A stretch of DNA of 48,065 nt, taken from Prosthecobacter sp. (GTDB lineage Bacteria > Verrucomicrobiota > Verrucomicrobiia > Verrucomicrobiales > Verrucomicrobiaceae). Position numbers and translations under genes: made by a program. The notes under the pieces are model-generated. The model saw nothing but the letters and a program-made list of their open reading frames with translations. It had not been told where the DNA came from and did not search any database. Shown here one piece after another: positions 1-8,651 of the stretch; the first letter of the stretch is position 1; the number at the start of each line of letters is the position of its first letter. The stretch lies in NCBI GenBank assembly GCA_046316935.1, contig JBKCXA010000347.1, forward strand, positions 1 to 48,065, read 5' to 3'.

Positions 1-1509
1 AAAGGTCACGGTGTGGCCGACAAAGGCTTCAAGGTCCTTCACATAGCTGCCGAAGAGCACCATGGCGGCGAGGCCGGCGCTGGCGATGGCGTAGCCTTTG
101 GTGACAGCCTTCATGGTGTTGCCCACGGCGTCGAGCTCGTCGGTGATGGTGCGCACTTCCTCAGGCAGGCCGCTCATGACGGCGATGCCGCCGGCGTTGT
201 CGGTGATCGGACCGAAGGCATCGAGCGAGATGATGATGCCAGAGAGCGAAAGCATGGACACAACGGCGATGGCGATGCCGTAGAGGCCGGCGAGGTCAAA
301 GCAGCACCAGATGGAGGCGGCGATGGCGAGCACGGGAAGCAGCGTGGCGTGGTGACCAATGCTGATGCCGGCGATGATGTTCGTGGCGTGACCAGTTTCG
401 GAGGCCTTGGCGATGTCGCGCACAGGCTTGTGGTGCGTGCTGGTGTAGTAATTGGTGATCCAGACGACGAGCAGCGTCATCACGAGGCCGACGAGGGCGC
501 ATTGGAAAAGGGCGCTGCTGGCGATGCTGGCTCCATTGAGCATGACGGTGGCTCCGAAGATAGCCTGCGTGGCCCACCAGAAAAGACCGGCGCTGATGAT
601 GCCGGAAACGGCCACGCCGCAAACGAGGGCGGTCGTCGGGGTCTGCTTCACGAAATTCACCCAGCCGATGCCGATGATGGAGGAGATGATCGAGAGGCCG
701 CAGAGCACAAAAGGATAGATGACGGCCGCATTGGCCGATTCCGCACCGGCGGTGAGGGCGCCGACGAGCACGCCGCCGATGAGAGACACCGCGTAGGTCT
801 CAAACACATCCGCCGCCATGCCGGCGCAGTCGCCCACGTTGTCGCCCACGTTGTCGGCGATGGTGGCGGGATTGCGTGGATCGTCTTCGTTGAGGTTTTG
901 CTCGATTTTGCCCACGAGGTCAGCGCCCACGTCAGCAGCCTTCGTGTAAATGCCGCCGCCGAGACGGGCGAAGACGGAGATGAGCGAGCTGCCGAGGGCG
1001 AGGCCGATCAGCGAGTCGATGGCGTGCTTGCCTTCCGGGTGCATGCCTTTGACCACCATGTAGAAAACGCCAACGGAGAGCAGGCCGAGCGCCACGACGA
1101 GCAGACCAGTAACGGCACCACCATTGAAGGCCACCTTAAGAGCCGAGTGGCTGCTCACGGAGGCGGCCTGGGCGGTGCGGACGTTCGCACGCACGGCGAT
1201 CATCATGCCGATGTAACCGGCGGCGAGGGAGCAAACGGCCCCGACGATGAATCCGACGGCCGTCACCGCATCACGCAGATACCAGATGGCCGCGAGGATG
1301 ACGAGGGCGATGGGCACGATGGCCATGATCTGGCGGTTCAGGTAGGCTTTGGCGCCGGCCTGAACGGCCCCGCCAATCTCCTGCATTTTCGCGTTGCCCG
1401 GTGAAGAGGCCAGAATCTGGCGGATGAGGATCAGAGCCACAACGAGACCCACCGCAGCGAGGGCGATGGAGATGTTGAGTCCGTTTTGGAGCAGGAAGGC
1501 AAGAGGCAT
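1..1509 (-). CDS. hppA: Membrane-bound H+-translocating pyrophosphatase, K+-independent type (partial, 3' end runs off the window)
   Basis: Manual minus-strand translation from ATG at 1509: [17 protein letters not shown]...[20 protein letters not shown]...[25 protein letters not shown]...DNAGGIA...[14 protein letters not shown]. Absent from the ORF track because no stop lies inside the window. Confidence 0.95.
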   Translation of the reverse strand, partial: MPLAFLLQNGLNISIALAAVGLVVALILIRQILASSPGNAKMQEIGGAVQAGAKAYLNRQIMAIVPIALVILAAIWYLRDAVTAVGFIVGAVCSLAAGYIGMMIAVRANVRTAQAASVSSHSALKVAFNGGAVTGLLVVALGLLSVGVFYMVVKGMHPEGKHAIDSLIGLALGSSLISVFARLGGGIYTKAADVGADLVGKIEQNLNEDDPRNPATIADNVGDNVGDCAGMAADVFETYAVSLIGGVLVGALTAGAESANAAVIYPFVLCGLSIISSIIGIGWVNFVKQTPTTALVCGVAVSGIISAGLFWWATQAIFGATVMLNGASIASSALFQCALVGLVMTLLVVWITNYYTSTHHKPVRDIAKASETGHATNIIAGISIGHHATLLPVLAIAASIWCCFDLAGLYGIAIAVVSMLSLSGIIISLDAFGPITDNAGGIAVMSGLPEEVRTITDELDAVGNTMKAVTKGYAIASAGLAAMVLFGSYVKDLEAFVGHTVTF

Positions 1510-1701
1510 TGTCAGGGTGCGAGGTGTCTAAGGTTGGGTGCCCGGTGACGGGTAAAGCGGCGCAGTTTAGCGGGAGCCAATTTCTAGGCAAGACTTTTGC
1601 TGCGTCCGGGGGCGCAAACATACGGCCGGGGCTCTCGGAGCTTTCCGGCCCACACGAGAAGTTTTAAGTCCGTTGGCAATCCCCTGCCGCGTGATACGGC
1701 C

Positions 1702-2649
1702 TCAATGCGCCTCCTCGATGGTGGAGTCCAGCTTCTTCAAGGCGGCCCACAGGGCGGGATCCTCCGGGTGGCCGTTGAAGAGCACCTTACCCTCGGGGCT
1801 GATGAGGATCATGCGGGGGATGCTGTCGATCTCGAACTGCTTGGTGAAGGGCCGCTCGGCCGGCTCGATGAGCCAGGGAATTTTCATGTCCTGCTCCTTG
1901 CGGATGCGCTCGGCAATGCTCAGGGCGTTTTCGTCATCCTTGTTCATCGCGGCCACCACGATGCCGTGGGCGGGCAGGCTGTCGCCTTTCTTCTTCAGAG
2001 AGGGCATGAGCTGCATGCATGGGCCGCACCACGAGGCCCAGAAGTCGATGAGAATGGCCTTCTTGCCCGCGACGAGGTCGCCCAGCGTGGTGGCCTCGCC
2101 CATCGAGTCGGAGAGCGGCAGTTTCATGTCCACGGTCAGCGCGGCCATCTTTTCCTCGCGCCGGGTCTTTTCGATGGACTGGATGAAGACACTGGCCTGG
2201 CCGGGCTGGAGCCAGATGGCCACCAAAATGTGCTTTTTGAAACCTTCGGCGTCCTTGTCGTCCTGCGCCTTCAACGCCCGGATGTAGGAGGCAAAGGACT
2301 TGATCGCCTCGGCGTTCGTCATCGCGGCAGCCTGGGAAGGGTCAAAATTCGCGGCGAGCACCTCCACCTCCGGCAGCATCTTCGTCAAAAAGGCCGTGTC
2401 CTGATTCCGCAGGCCCCAGACGAGTCGTGCCTCAATGATCTGCTGACGGGGGACGCCGAGCTTGTTCGCCTCCTTCGCCAGTTCGGCGAGTTCTTCAGCG
2501 GAAACCGTGGCCGCGAAGAGCTTTTGTAGCGCTTCTTTCGCGGCCGTGGCAGCGTCGGCATCCGGTTTGCCCGTGTCTTGGGCGACGGCGAGGGGCGCTG
2601 ACAGGGCGAGAAGGGTGGAAACAAAGAGCGTGCGGAGGGAGAGGCGCAT
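1702..2649 (-). CDS. Secreted TlpA-family thiol:disulfide oxidoreductase
   Basis: Signal peptide MRLSLRTLFVSTLLALSAPLAVA; C-terminal thioredoxin-like domain with DFWASWCGPC. Start trimmed to ATG 2649. Confidence 0.88.
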   Translation of the reverse strand: MRLSLRTLFVSTLLALSAPLAVAQDTGKPDADAATAAKEALQKLFAATVSAEELAELAKEANKLGVPRQQIIEARLVWGLRNQDTAFLTKMLPEVEVLAANFDPSQAAAMTNAEAIKSFASYIRALKAQDDKDAEGFKKHILVAIWLQPGQASVFIQSIEKTRREEKMAALTVDMKLPLSDSMGEATTLGDLVAGKKAILIDFWASWCGPCMQLMPSLKKKGDSLPAHGIVVAAMNKDDENALSIAERIRKEQDMKIPWLIEPAERPFTKQFEIDSIPRMILISPEGKVLFNGHPEDPALWAALKKLDSTIEEAH

Positions 2650-2764
2650 GGTGCATGAATCGTCCACGCCGCGCCGCATTGTGTCGAGAGGAAAGTCCGG
2701 CCCCGTGAAAGATGCGCGGCTCCGGGGGCGACTCCTCGGCCCGTTTTATCAGCCAACCTGACCC

Positions 2765-4204
2765 ATGAAATTGAAACACTCGCTGCTCCTCACGCTCGCC
2801 ACGGCCTCACTCGGCCTCGCTGCGGAAAACAACACGCCACCGGAAGTCTTCACCGCCCTCTTCTACGGCAAGGACCTCTCCGGCTGGTATGGCTGGGGCA
2901 CGCAGGACCCCACGGACCTGTGGAAAATGACGCCCGAGCAGCAGGCCGAATACAAAAAGAAGTCCGTCGAAGGCGGCCTCACCGATGCCAAGGGCAACGA
3001 CAAGGGCGACCACATCAACGCGCACTGGAAAGTCGAGAACGGTGAGCTCGTGAACGATGGCAAAGGTCTGTACCTCACCACCGACAAGGACTACGGCGAT
3101 TTTGAGCTGTGGGTCGATTACAAGATGCTCCCGCTGGGTGACAGCGGCATCTACCTGCGCGGCATCCCGCAGGTGCAAATTTGGGACTTCACCGAGAAGG
3201 ACGACAAGGCCGTCTCGCTCGGCAAGCCCTTCGGCTCCGGCGGTCTTTGGAACAACAAGAACCCCGAAGGCAAGAACCCGCTCAAGCTCATGGACAAGCC
3301 GCTCGGCGAGTGGAACCGCTTCCACATCAAGATGATCGGCGAGCGTGCCACGATCACCTTCAACGGCGAGGTCGTCGTGAAGAATGCCGTGCTCGAAAAC
3401 TTCTTCGCCAACCGCAAAGCCGGTTACCAGGCATACGGCAAGGTGGAGGCCAAAGATGCCGGTGAGAAGAAGCCGAACGGATGGATGGTCGATCCCGCCT
3501 TCGCCAAAGGCCCCATCCAGCTCCAGACCCACGGCAGCGAGATCCGCTGGCGCAATGTCTTCATCCGCGAAATCCCTGCCGAAGAGGTGAACAAGGAACT
3601 CAATGCCCGCTGGGCCGAGGATGGCTTCGTCGAGCACATCAACGGCAAGGACCTGAGCAACTGGCAGGGGGCTGTGGACAGCTACGAAGTCGTGGACGGT
3701 GCCATCACCTGCAAGCCCGGCAAAGGCGGCGATCTCCTCACGAAGGATGAATTCGAAAACGGCATCATCCGCGTCGAATTCAAGCTGCCGAAGGCCGGCA
3801 ACAACGGCATCGCACTTCGCACGCCGCTCGGCGGCCACTCCGCCTCCGACGGCCTCGAACTCCAGGTGATCGACAGCGATGGCTACAACGAGAAAATGGC
3901 CGCCGCCGGCAAGAAGGGCCTCGAACCTTATCAATACCACGGCTCCATCTACCACTGCGTCGGAGCGAAGCACGGCTACCTCCGCCCCGTCGGCGAGTGG
4001 AACTTCCAGGAGATCGAAATTCAGGGCCAAAAGATCAAAGTGACCCTCAACGGCACCAAGATCCTCGATGCCGACATTTCCACCTTCGAACGCAGCCAGA
4101 TCAAGCATCCGCCCAAAGGCCTCGATCGCACCCGCGGCCACATCGGCTTTGCTGGTCACAGTGATCCGGTCGTCTTCCGCAGCTTCAAAGTGAAGAAGAT
4201 GTGA
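2765..4204 (+). CDS. Secreted tandem DUF1080 (3-keto-disaccharide hydrolase-like) protein
   Basis: Signal peptide; two repeats of the DUF1080 pattern (LFYGKDLSGW...DSGIYLR...GEWN...IQLQTHG..I.WRNV and INGKDLSNW...NNGIALR...GEWN...GHIGFAGH). Confidence 0.88.
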   Translation: MKLKHSLLLTLATASLGLAAENNTPPEVFTALFYGKDLSGWYGWGTQDPTDLWKMTPEQQAEYKKKSVEGGLTDAKGNDKGDHINAHWKVENGELVNDGKGLYLTTDKDYGDFELWVDYKMLPLGDSGIYLRGIPQVQIWDFTEKDDKAVSLGKPFGSGGLWNNKNPEGKNPLKLMDKPLGEWNRFHIKMIGERATITFNGEVVVKNAVLENFFANRKAGYQAYGKVEAKDAGEKKPNGWMVDPAFAKGPIQLQTHGSEIRWRNVFIREIPAEEVNKELNARWAEDGFVEHINGKDLSNWQGAVDSYEVVDGAITCKPGKGGDLLTKDEFENGIIRVEFKLPKAGNNGIALRTPLGGHSASDGLELQVIDSDGYNEKMAAAGKKGLEPYQYHGSIYHCVGAKHGYLRPVGEWNFQEIEIQGQKIKVTLNGTKILDADISTFERSQIKHPPKGLDRTRGHIGFAGHSDPVVFRSFKVKKM

Positions 4205-4216
4205 GATTGAAGGATT

Positions 4217-4255
4217 CACAAAAAGGCCGGGAGGAAACTCCCGGCCTTTTTTGTG
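4217..4255. terminator. Bidirectional rho-independent terminator
   Basis: cacaaaaaggccgggag-gaaa-ctcccggccttttttgtg hairpin with A/T tracts, just after the DUF1080 stop. Confidence 0.85.
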
Positions 4256-4298
4256 GACGAGTATTCGTGCGGTTGAGGATTTGAGCCACATTGAGGCA

Positions 4299-4508
4299 CC
4301 CCTCACCTAACCTCTCCCCGCAGCCATGCCGAGCAGATGATGTTCACCTTAAGCGGGGAGAGGGACTGCTTCGCACAACTCAAGGCCATAGCCTAAATTC
4401 GTATTCGCCGTGCTCTTTCCGTTCTTCGGTATTCTTGGCAGTCCTTCTCCCCGCTGAGGGAGGTTGCTAGGTCTTGAGCATGATGGCGGGGAGAGGTTAG
4501 GTGAGGGG
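4299..4508. repeat. REP-doublet/MITE-like element with 23-bp perfect terminal inverted repeats
   Basis: cccctcacctaacctctccccgc (4299-4321) is the exact reverse complement of gcggggagaggttaggtgagggg (4486-4508); internal half copies at 4353-4365 and 4441-4455. Confidence 0.85.
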
Positions 4509-4597
4509 CACAGACCATGCTTTATCCGCACTCACTTCCCGTTTGAACCCGTTGTTCGTTAGCTAGCCGGTCGATTTCACGCTCCACCGCCGGACCA

Positions 4598-4810
4598 TCA
4601 AGCAACTGTGCGAAGTCGCGCTGGCTGATTGTGGGCGGCATGGAGCTGGGCTTTCATTTGCACGGACATGCCGCCTTCCTCATCATCGCGCAGGTGGCGG
4701 CGGACTTGCTGATACTTCTCCTGATAACTTAGCTCCCGCTCATTCGGTGGCGGGAGGCGCAGCTTCGCTCCGGGGGGAGGAAGCTGAATGTTGGAAAGGT
4801 CGTCCGTCAT
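4598..4810 (-). CDS. Small hypothetical protein (70 aa)
   Basis: ATG start preceded by TTGCGT-16nt-TAGCAT promoter-like motif ending 6 nt upstream; fills the gap after malQ. Confidence 0.6.
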   Translation of the reverse strand: MTDDLSNIQLPPPGAKLRLPPPNERELSYQEKYQQVRRHLRDDEEGGMSVQMKAQLHAAHNQPARLRTVA

Positions 4811-4859
4811 GCGAGGATGCTAACTCCCGGCATCGGAAACGCAACCTGTGATCCAGCCC

Positions 4860-6506
4860 TCACGCCCGCCGCGTCTCCTTCGCCAAATCACGAAACTTCA
4901 CCGCCTCGGCACTCAGCTCGGCTTTGTCTCGCATCTGCTGCGTGGAATACGGGAAGCGGGTGCGCCAGTTGGCATCGCTGACGACGCCGGGGACGTTGAA
5001 GCGGTCGATCATGCTGAAGAGATCGGTGATCATGATGGCGGCGTAGCGGCTGGCGCTGGCGAGCAGGCCGCGCATGAGCTGCCATTTGATCGTGTCGTTG
5101 TAGGGCGGGTAATCGCTGGTCGGCGGCATGCTGGCGAATTCGGCGAGCAGGCGCAGCTCGCGACCAGCCTTCATGCGGTCCTCGTGCTCGTGGGCGTGGT
5201 GCATGTTGTGGCGGCAGCCATCCCAGATCGCGGCCATCGGCGGGTGATCGTGCGTGGCGTAGGTGGTGAAGCTGCACTCGTCGTAGGTGAGGCCGGAGAT
5301 GGCCTTGTCATCGGGCGTGACCTCCCACTGCGGCACTTTGAAGCCGGGAATGCCGCGTTCGAGCAGGTGCGGGCGCACATAGTCCGGCACCGCGCCGAGA
5401 TCCTCGCCCACGACTTCCGCCCCCTGAGCGGCGTCCTGGATCATGCGCAGGTATTTGTCGCCCGCGGCGCGATTGGCGGCGCAGTGTTCCGGGGTGTCGT
5501 CCGCGTGCTCGATGTAATGCGGCAGCGGGCCGCCGGTGCGGGCTTTGGCTTCTTCTTCGGTGAGCGGGAGGAATTCGGCATTGCGCTGCGGACGCCACGG
5601 GAAGCCGTAGATGCGGTAAAAGCCGAGCACGTGGTCGATGCGGAAGATGTGGAAGACATCGGTGAGCTTCGCGATGCGCTGACGCCACCAAGCGAAGCCA
5701 TCCTGCTCCATCACATCCCAGCGGTAGAGCGGGATGCCCCAGTTTTGACCCCACTTTTGGACGAAGAGATCGTCTTTGAAGATCTTCTCCGGCGGAGCGC
5801 CGCCGCTCCAGCCGAGGTCGAAGAGGTGCGGATTCGCGAAGACATCGGCGCTGTAATAGTTCACGCCGATGGGGATGTCTCCCATGAGGCGCACGCCGAT
5901 CTTCGTGCCGTATTTGTTCAGCTCCCGCCACTGCGTGAAGGCGATCCACTGCACCCACGCAGGGTAGGTGGCCTCCGGTCCGTCGGGATCGACGCTGCTG
6001 CGAGCATCGGCGGGCCAGTGGTCCCAGAGTTCGTTGCCGTGCTTGTCGATCAGCGTGCGGAAGATGGTGTAATCCTTCAGCCATGCGGCCTCCGCCTTGC
6101 AGAAGGTGGCAAAGGCCTTTGCGCGGGTTTTGTTTTTGCCAAAGCGGGAGAAGGCGAGCTGGAGGAGCTTCGTCTTTACGCGGCGTGCCGCGGGGAAGTT
6201 CACCAGATCGCCGCTGAAGTCCTCGCCCGCCTTCGCGGCGGCTATGTCGGCGGTGGTCAGCTCCGGCAGCGTGTAGAGTGAGATTTCCAACAGCACCGGA
6301 TCGAGCGCCACGGAGCTGATGGCGTTGTAGGGGCTGTTGTCGGGGCCGGTTTCGTTGATGGGCAGCAGTTGGACAAAGCCGATGCCATGCTCCGCCGCCC
6401 AATCCATCAGCTCCCGCAGCGCCCGGGTATCGCCAATGCCGAAGTCATGGTCATGGCGGAGAGCAAAAACAGGCGCGAGGATGCCGGCGGAGCGTTTGGG
6501 ATTCAT
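4860..6506 (-). CDS. malQ: 4-alpha-glucanotransferase (amylomaltase, GH77)
   Basis: Motifs QLLPIN...SPY, GDIPIGV, GQNWGIPLY, FRIDHVLG, VGEDLG, ATHDH, NVPG. Confidence 0.95.
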   Translation of the reverse strand: MNPKRSAGILAPVFALRHDHDFGIGDTRALRELMDWAAEHGIGFVQLLPINETGPDNSPYNAISSVALDPVLLEISLYTLPELTTADIAAAKAGEDFSGDLVNFPAARRVKTKLLQLAFSRFGKNKTRAKAFATFCKAEAAWLKDYTIFRTLIDKHGNELWDHWPADARSSVDPDGPEATYPAWVQWIAFTQWRELNKYGTKIGVRLMGDIPIGVNYYSADVFANPHLFDLGWSGGAPPEKIFKDDLFVQKWGQNWGIPLYRWDVMEQDGFAWWRQRIAKLTDVFHIFRIDHVLGFYRIYGFPWRPQRNAEFLPLTEEEAKARTGGPLPHYIEHADDTPEHCAANRAAGDKYLRMIQDAAQGAEVVGEDLGAVPDYVRPHLLERGIPGFKVPQWEVTPDDKAISGLTYDECSFTTYATHDHPPMAAIWDGCRHNMHHAHEHEDRMKAGRELRLLAEFASMPPTSDYPPYNDTIKWQLMRGLLASASRYAAIMITDLFSMIDRFNVPGVVSDANWRTRFPYSTQQMRDKAELSAEAVKFRDLAKETRRA

Positions 6507-6585
6507 AGAAGAGCCGCGATGATGCGGTGGACGGCCTCAGATGCAAATGGCGTGCCGGGTGTTTGGTGAATTGGAGAAGGGGAGC

Positions 6586-6636
6586 GGCGAAGCCGGTCAA
6601 GGAGTCAAGGCTTCGCCGGTCAAGGCTTGGTCAAGG
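6586..6636. repeat. Short repeat cluster: 4x GTCAAGG with GGCGAAGCC/GGCTTCGCC hairpin
   Basis: GTCAAGG at 6596, 6604, 6619 and 6630; inverted 9-mers at 6586-6594 and 6609-6617. Confidence 0.7.
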
Positions 6637-6672
6637 TGAGCACCGACAGGCTTTTGGAACCAACGGGACGAG

Positions 6673-6721
6673 CGGAATCGGCGATTGCACGGACAAAGCT
6701 GGCGGGGCATTTTTCGAGATG
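6673..6721 (+). promoter_or_regulatory. Repeated promoter-like module, copy A (TTGCAC-17nt-CATTTT-5nt-ATG)
   Basis: 41/49 identical to 7885-7933 by manual alignment; ends at the ATG of the 6719 ORF. Confidence 0.75.
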
Positions 6722-7105
6722 CATAAGTTTTTGCCTGCATTCTCGTTCCTGGCCGTCTTGGCGCTTGGTAGTTGTGATCCTGCCCCACGGTGGATCAGCG
6801 GAAACTATGAGGTTTACGCGATTGATGATTCTCAACTCCTCAAGTTTGGAGTCGATATTGGAGGTGGCACTCTAGCTCTCGTCCGTCCCAAGGTAGTCGG
6901 TATTGGAGAGGATGAGCGTTGGATCGTTGTCGAAAGGCATCTCGACGGAGATCAGACGAGGCCTGAGTTCTACTATTTGGAGAAGCTCGACGTCATCGAT
7001 CAACGGAATGGCAAGGACGTGGCGCATGGGCCGTTTCCACAGGCAGAAATGACCCAGAAAAGAGTCGAATTGAAGCTCCCTCCGATAAGTGAGCGGTTTG
7101 ATTGA
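6719..7105 (+). CDS. Hypothetical lipoprotein (DUF3997-like)
   Basis: MHKFLPAFSFLAVLALGSC lipobox-type signal; 128 aa. Family resemblance is tentative. Confidence 0.75.
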   Translation: MHKFLPAFSFLAVLALGSCDPAPRWISGNYEVYAIDDSQLLKFGVDIGGGTLALVRPKVVGIGEDERWIVVERHLDGDQTRPEFYYLEKLDVIDQRNGKDVAHGPFPQAEMTQKRVELKLPPISERFD

Positions 7106-7145
7106 ACAGTCGGCGGTAACTAACCCTACAACCAATCCATCAACT

Positions 7146-7730
7146 ATGATCGACCAGATCAATCAGACGCTTGCGCTTGTCAAAGACACCACAGATGCAA
7201 ACGCCATGTGGCCTCACTTGATCGATATCTGCCGTCGTGTTCATCCAGATCTTCCATGGCATGAAATGCCATCGCCTGAAGTGCAGCTTGATCTGCACGA
7301 GGGATGGCTGTGGCTGCAAAACGATCTCAGCGAACACGATGAAGCGGTTGGCATCTATCTCGGTCTGGACACGTTGAACATGCAAGGTGGCAGAGGCACG
7401 AATATTGAGTTTGGAGCCACATCAGAATGTGATCCGAATTCAGGCAGACCTGATTGGGCCTGGGATGCAGCGTTGCACTATGGCTCACGTCATTTAATCA
7501 AAGGATTGGTTGGGATGCGGGCCTGTTATTCGCGTCCAGCATGGCGAGAATCTCTCGAATTGTGCGACTATGTGTTCTTCCTCGGTTACTCAGGCATGAT
7601 CTTGGCAGAGGTATTCGAGAGTTTCACCCTGCCGCGCACCTTGATGCCAGTGTGGGGGTTCCACGACGGCGATCTGTTCACACTGGGGCGCTATCAGAGC
7701 GGGGAATTCACGAGATTGTGCGCTGGATAG
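7146..7730 (+). CDS. Hypothetical protein (cassette cargo)
   Basis: 194-aa ORF from ATG 7146 after an A/C-rich leader; ends with WGFHDGDLFTLG; no family recognised. Confidence 0.75.
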   Translation: MIDQINQTLALVKDTTDANAMWPHLIDICRRVHPDLPWHEMPSPEVQLDLHEGWLWLQNDLSEHDEAVGIYLGLDTLNMQGGRGTNIEFGATSECDPNSGRPDWAWDAALHYGSRHLIKGLVGMRACYSRPAWRESLELCDYVFFLGYSGMILAEVFESFTLPRTLMPVWGFHDGDLFTLGRYQSGEFTRLCAG

Positions 7731-7768
7731 ATTTGCCATCTTTGCAGAGGAATCCTTGACCTTTGGCT

Positions 7769-7859
7769 TTACTCCCCGCCCGCAAACAGCGTCCTGAGCT
7801 CCTCTAGCACTTCACCCTCCGCACACACCTCGGTGAGGTTGGCGATGGCGGAGGGGATG
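7769..7859 (-). pseudogene. Diverged duplicate of the amgK 3' end (copy 1)
   Basis: 85/91 nt identical to 9176-9266; encodes IPSAIANLTEVCAEGEVLEELRTLFAGGE*. Confidence 0.95.
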
Positions 7860-7884
7860 GTGCCCTTTGAACATCTGGAAGACT

Positions 7885-7933
7885 CGGAATTGGAGATTGC
7901 ACAGACAAAACAGGGGGCGCATTTTTCGATATG
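7885..7933 (+). promoter_or_regulatory. Repeated promoter-like module, copy B
   Basis: CGGAATTGGAGATTGCACAGACAAAACAGGGGGCGCATTTTTCGATATG; homologous to 6673-6721; ends at the ATG of the 7931 ORF. Confidence 0.75.
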
Positions 7934-8281
7934 CTTCCCATCATCTTGCTCGTCCTTGGCTGCGCGTATCTGGCTCTGAAAGCAGTGGGTTGGCGTCGAA
8001 AGCGGAGATTGGCCAAAGATGGCTACGTTTTCGATTTTGTGAGTCCCAGTGTTCTGCGTGGAAATGACAACGAATACGCTTTCGTCTATCGGACCCGTGA
8101 TCACGAGGTTTGGTTCGTGGGCATACAAGATCACACCCCGCTCTCACCTCGATTCGGTGACCATTCAGAGAAGTCTCAAATGTTTTTCGAAGAGAATCGA
8201 AAGCTGATCATGGACAGGCTGCGGCACGAAATTCAATCGAGATGGACCAAGGCTCGTTTTCGTGTCGAGGATGAACCATAG
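7931..8281 (+). CDS. Hypothetical membrane-anchored protein (cassette cargo)
   Basis: N-terminal TM segment MLPIILLVLGCAYLALKAVGW followed by basic RRKRR; 116 aa; start coincides with the shared promoter module. Confidence 0.72.
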   Translation: MLPIILLVLGCAYLALKAVGWRRKRRLAKDGYVFDFVSPSVLRGNDNEYAFVYRTRDHEVWFVGIQDHTPLSPRFGDHSEKSQMFFEENRKLIMDRLRHEIQSRWTKARFRVEDEP

Positions 8282-8329
8282 GCCGTTTTTGAAACAGCAA
8301 TTGCTGTTTCGCTGGGTAGTCAGCGCCAG

Positions 8330-8414
8330 CGTCTTGGAGTGCGCCGGCCCTCCGGCGCTTTCGAGTGGTCCAAGGCACACGGAAAGCTCCAGAGGGCTGG
8401 AGCACTCCAGGACG
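8330..8414. repeat. REP-like inverted repeat pair
   Basis: cgtcttggagtgc-gccggccctccggcgc-tttc ... gaaa-gctccagagggctggagc-actccaggacg; each arm has its own internal hairpin. Confidence 0.8.
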
Positions 8415-8449
8415 GCAAGCGCTCTTGGATGCCATGCAGCGATTCCAAC

Positions 8450-8601
8450 CTACACCCGGCCCGCAAACAGCGTCCTGAGCTCCTCCAGCGCCTCCCCCTC
8501 CGCACACACCTCGGTGAGGTTGGCGATGGCAGCGGGGATGTGCTGCTCGAAGTGGGGTTTGCCGAGGCTGCGTAGGCACCGAGGACCAGCATGAGGCACT
8601 G
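8450..8601 (-). pseudogene. Diverged duplicate of the amgK 3' end (copy 2, with 13-nt deletion)
   Basis: 116/123 nt identical to 9176-9298, then loss of actgaggttggcg, then 29 nt of further homology; encodes ...SLGKPHFEQHIPAAIANLTEVCAEGEALEELRTLFAGRV*. Confidence 0.95.
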
Positions 8602-8651
8602 CCAAGGATTCACGCATCTTGAGTTTGGCTAGAATGCCTCGAAAGTGGCGA

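Noticed and set aside
13-1404. 463-aa + strand ORF
   Set aside because: Antisense shadow of hppA, which has clear conserved motifs on the minus strand.
1510-1590. Possible ion-sensing riboswitch in the hppA leader
   Set aside because: Only a promoter-like TTGCCT-16-TAAACT and a short leader are visible; no riboswitch consensus could be recognised without an Rfam search.
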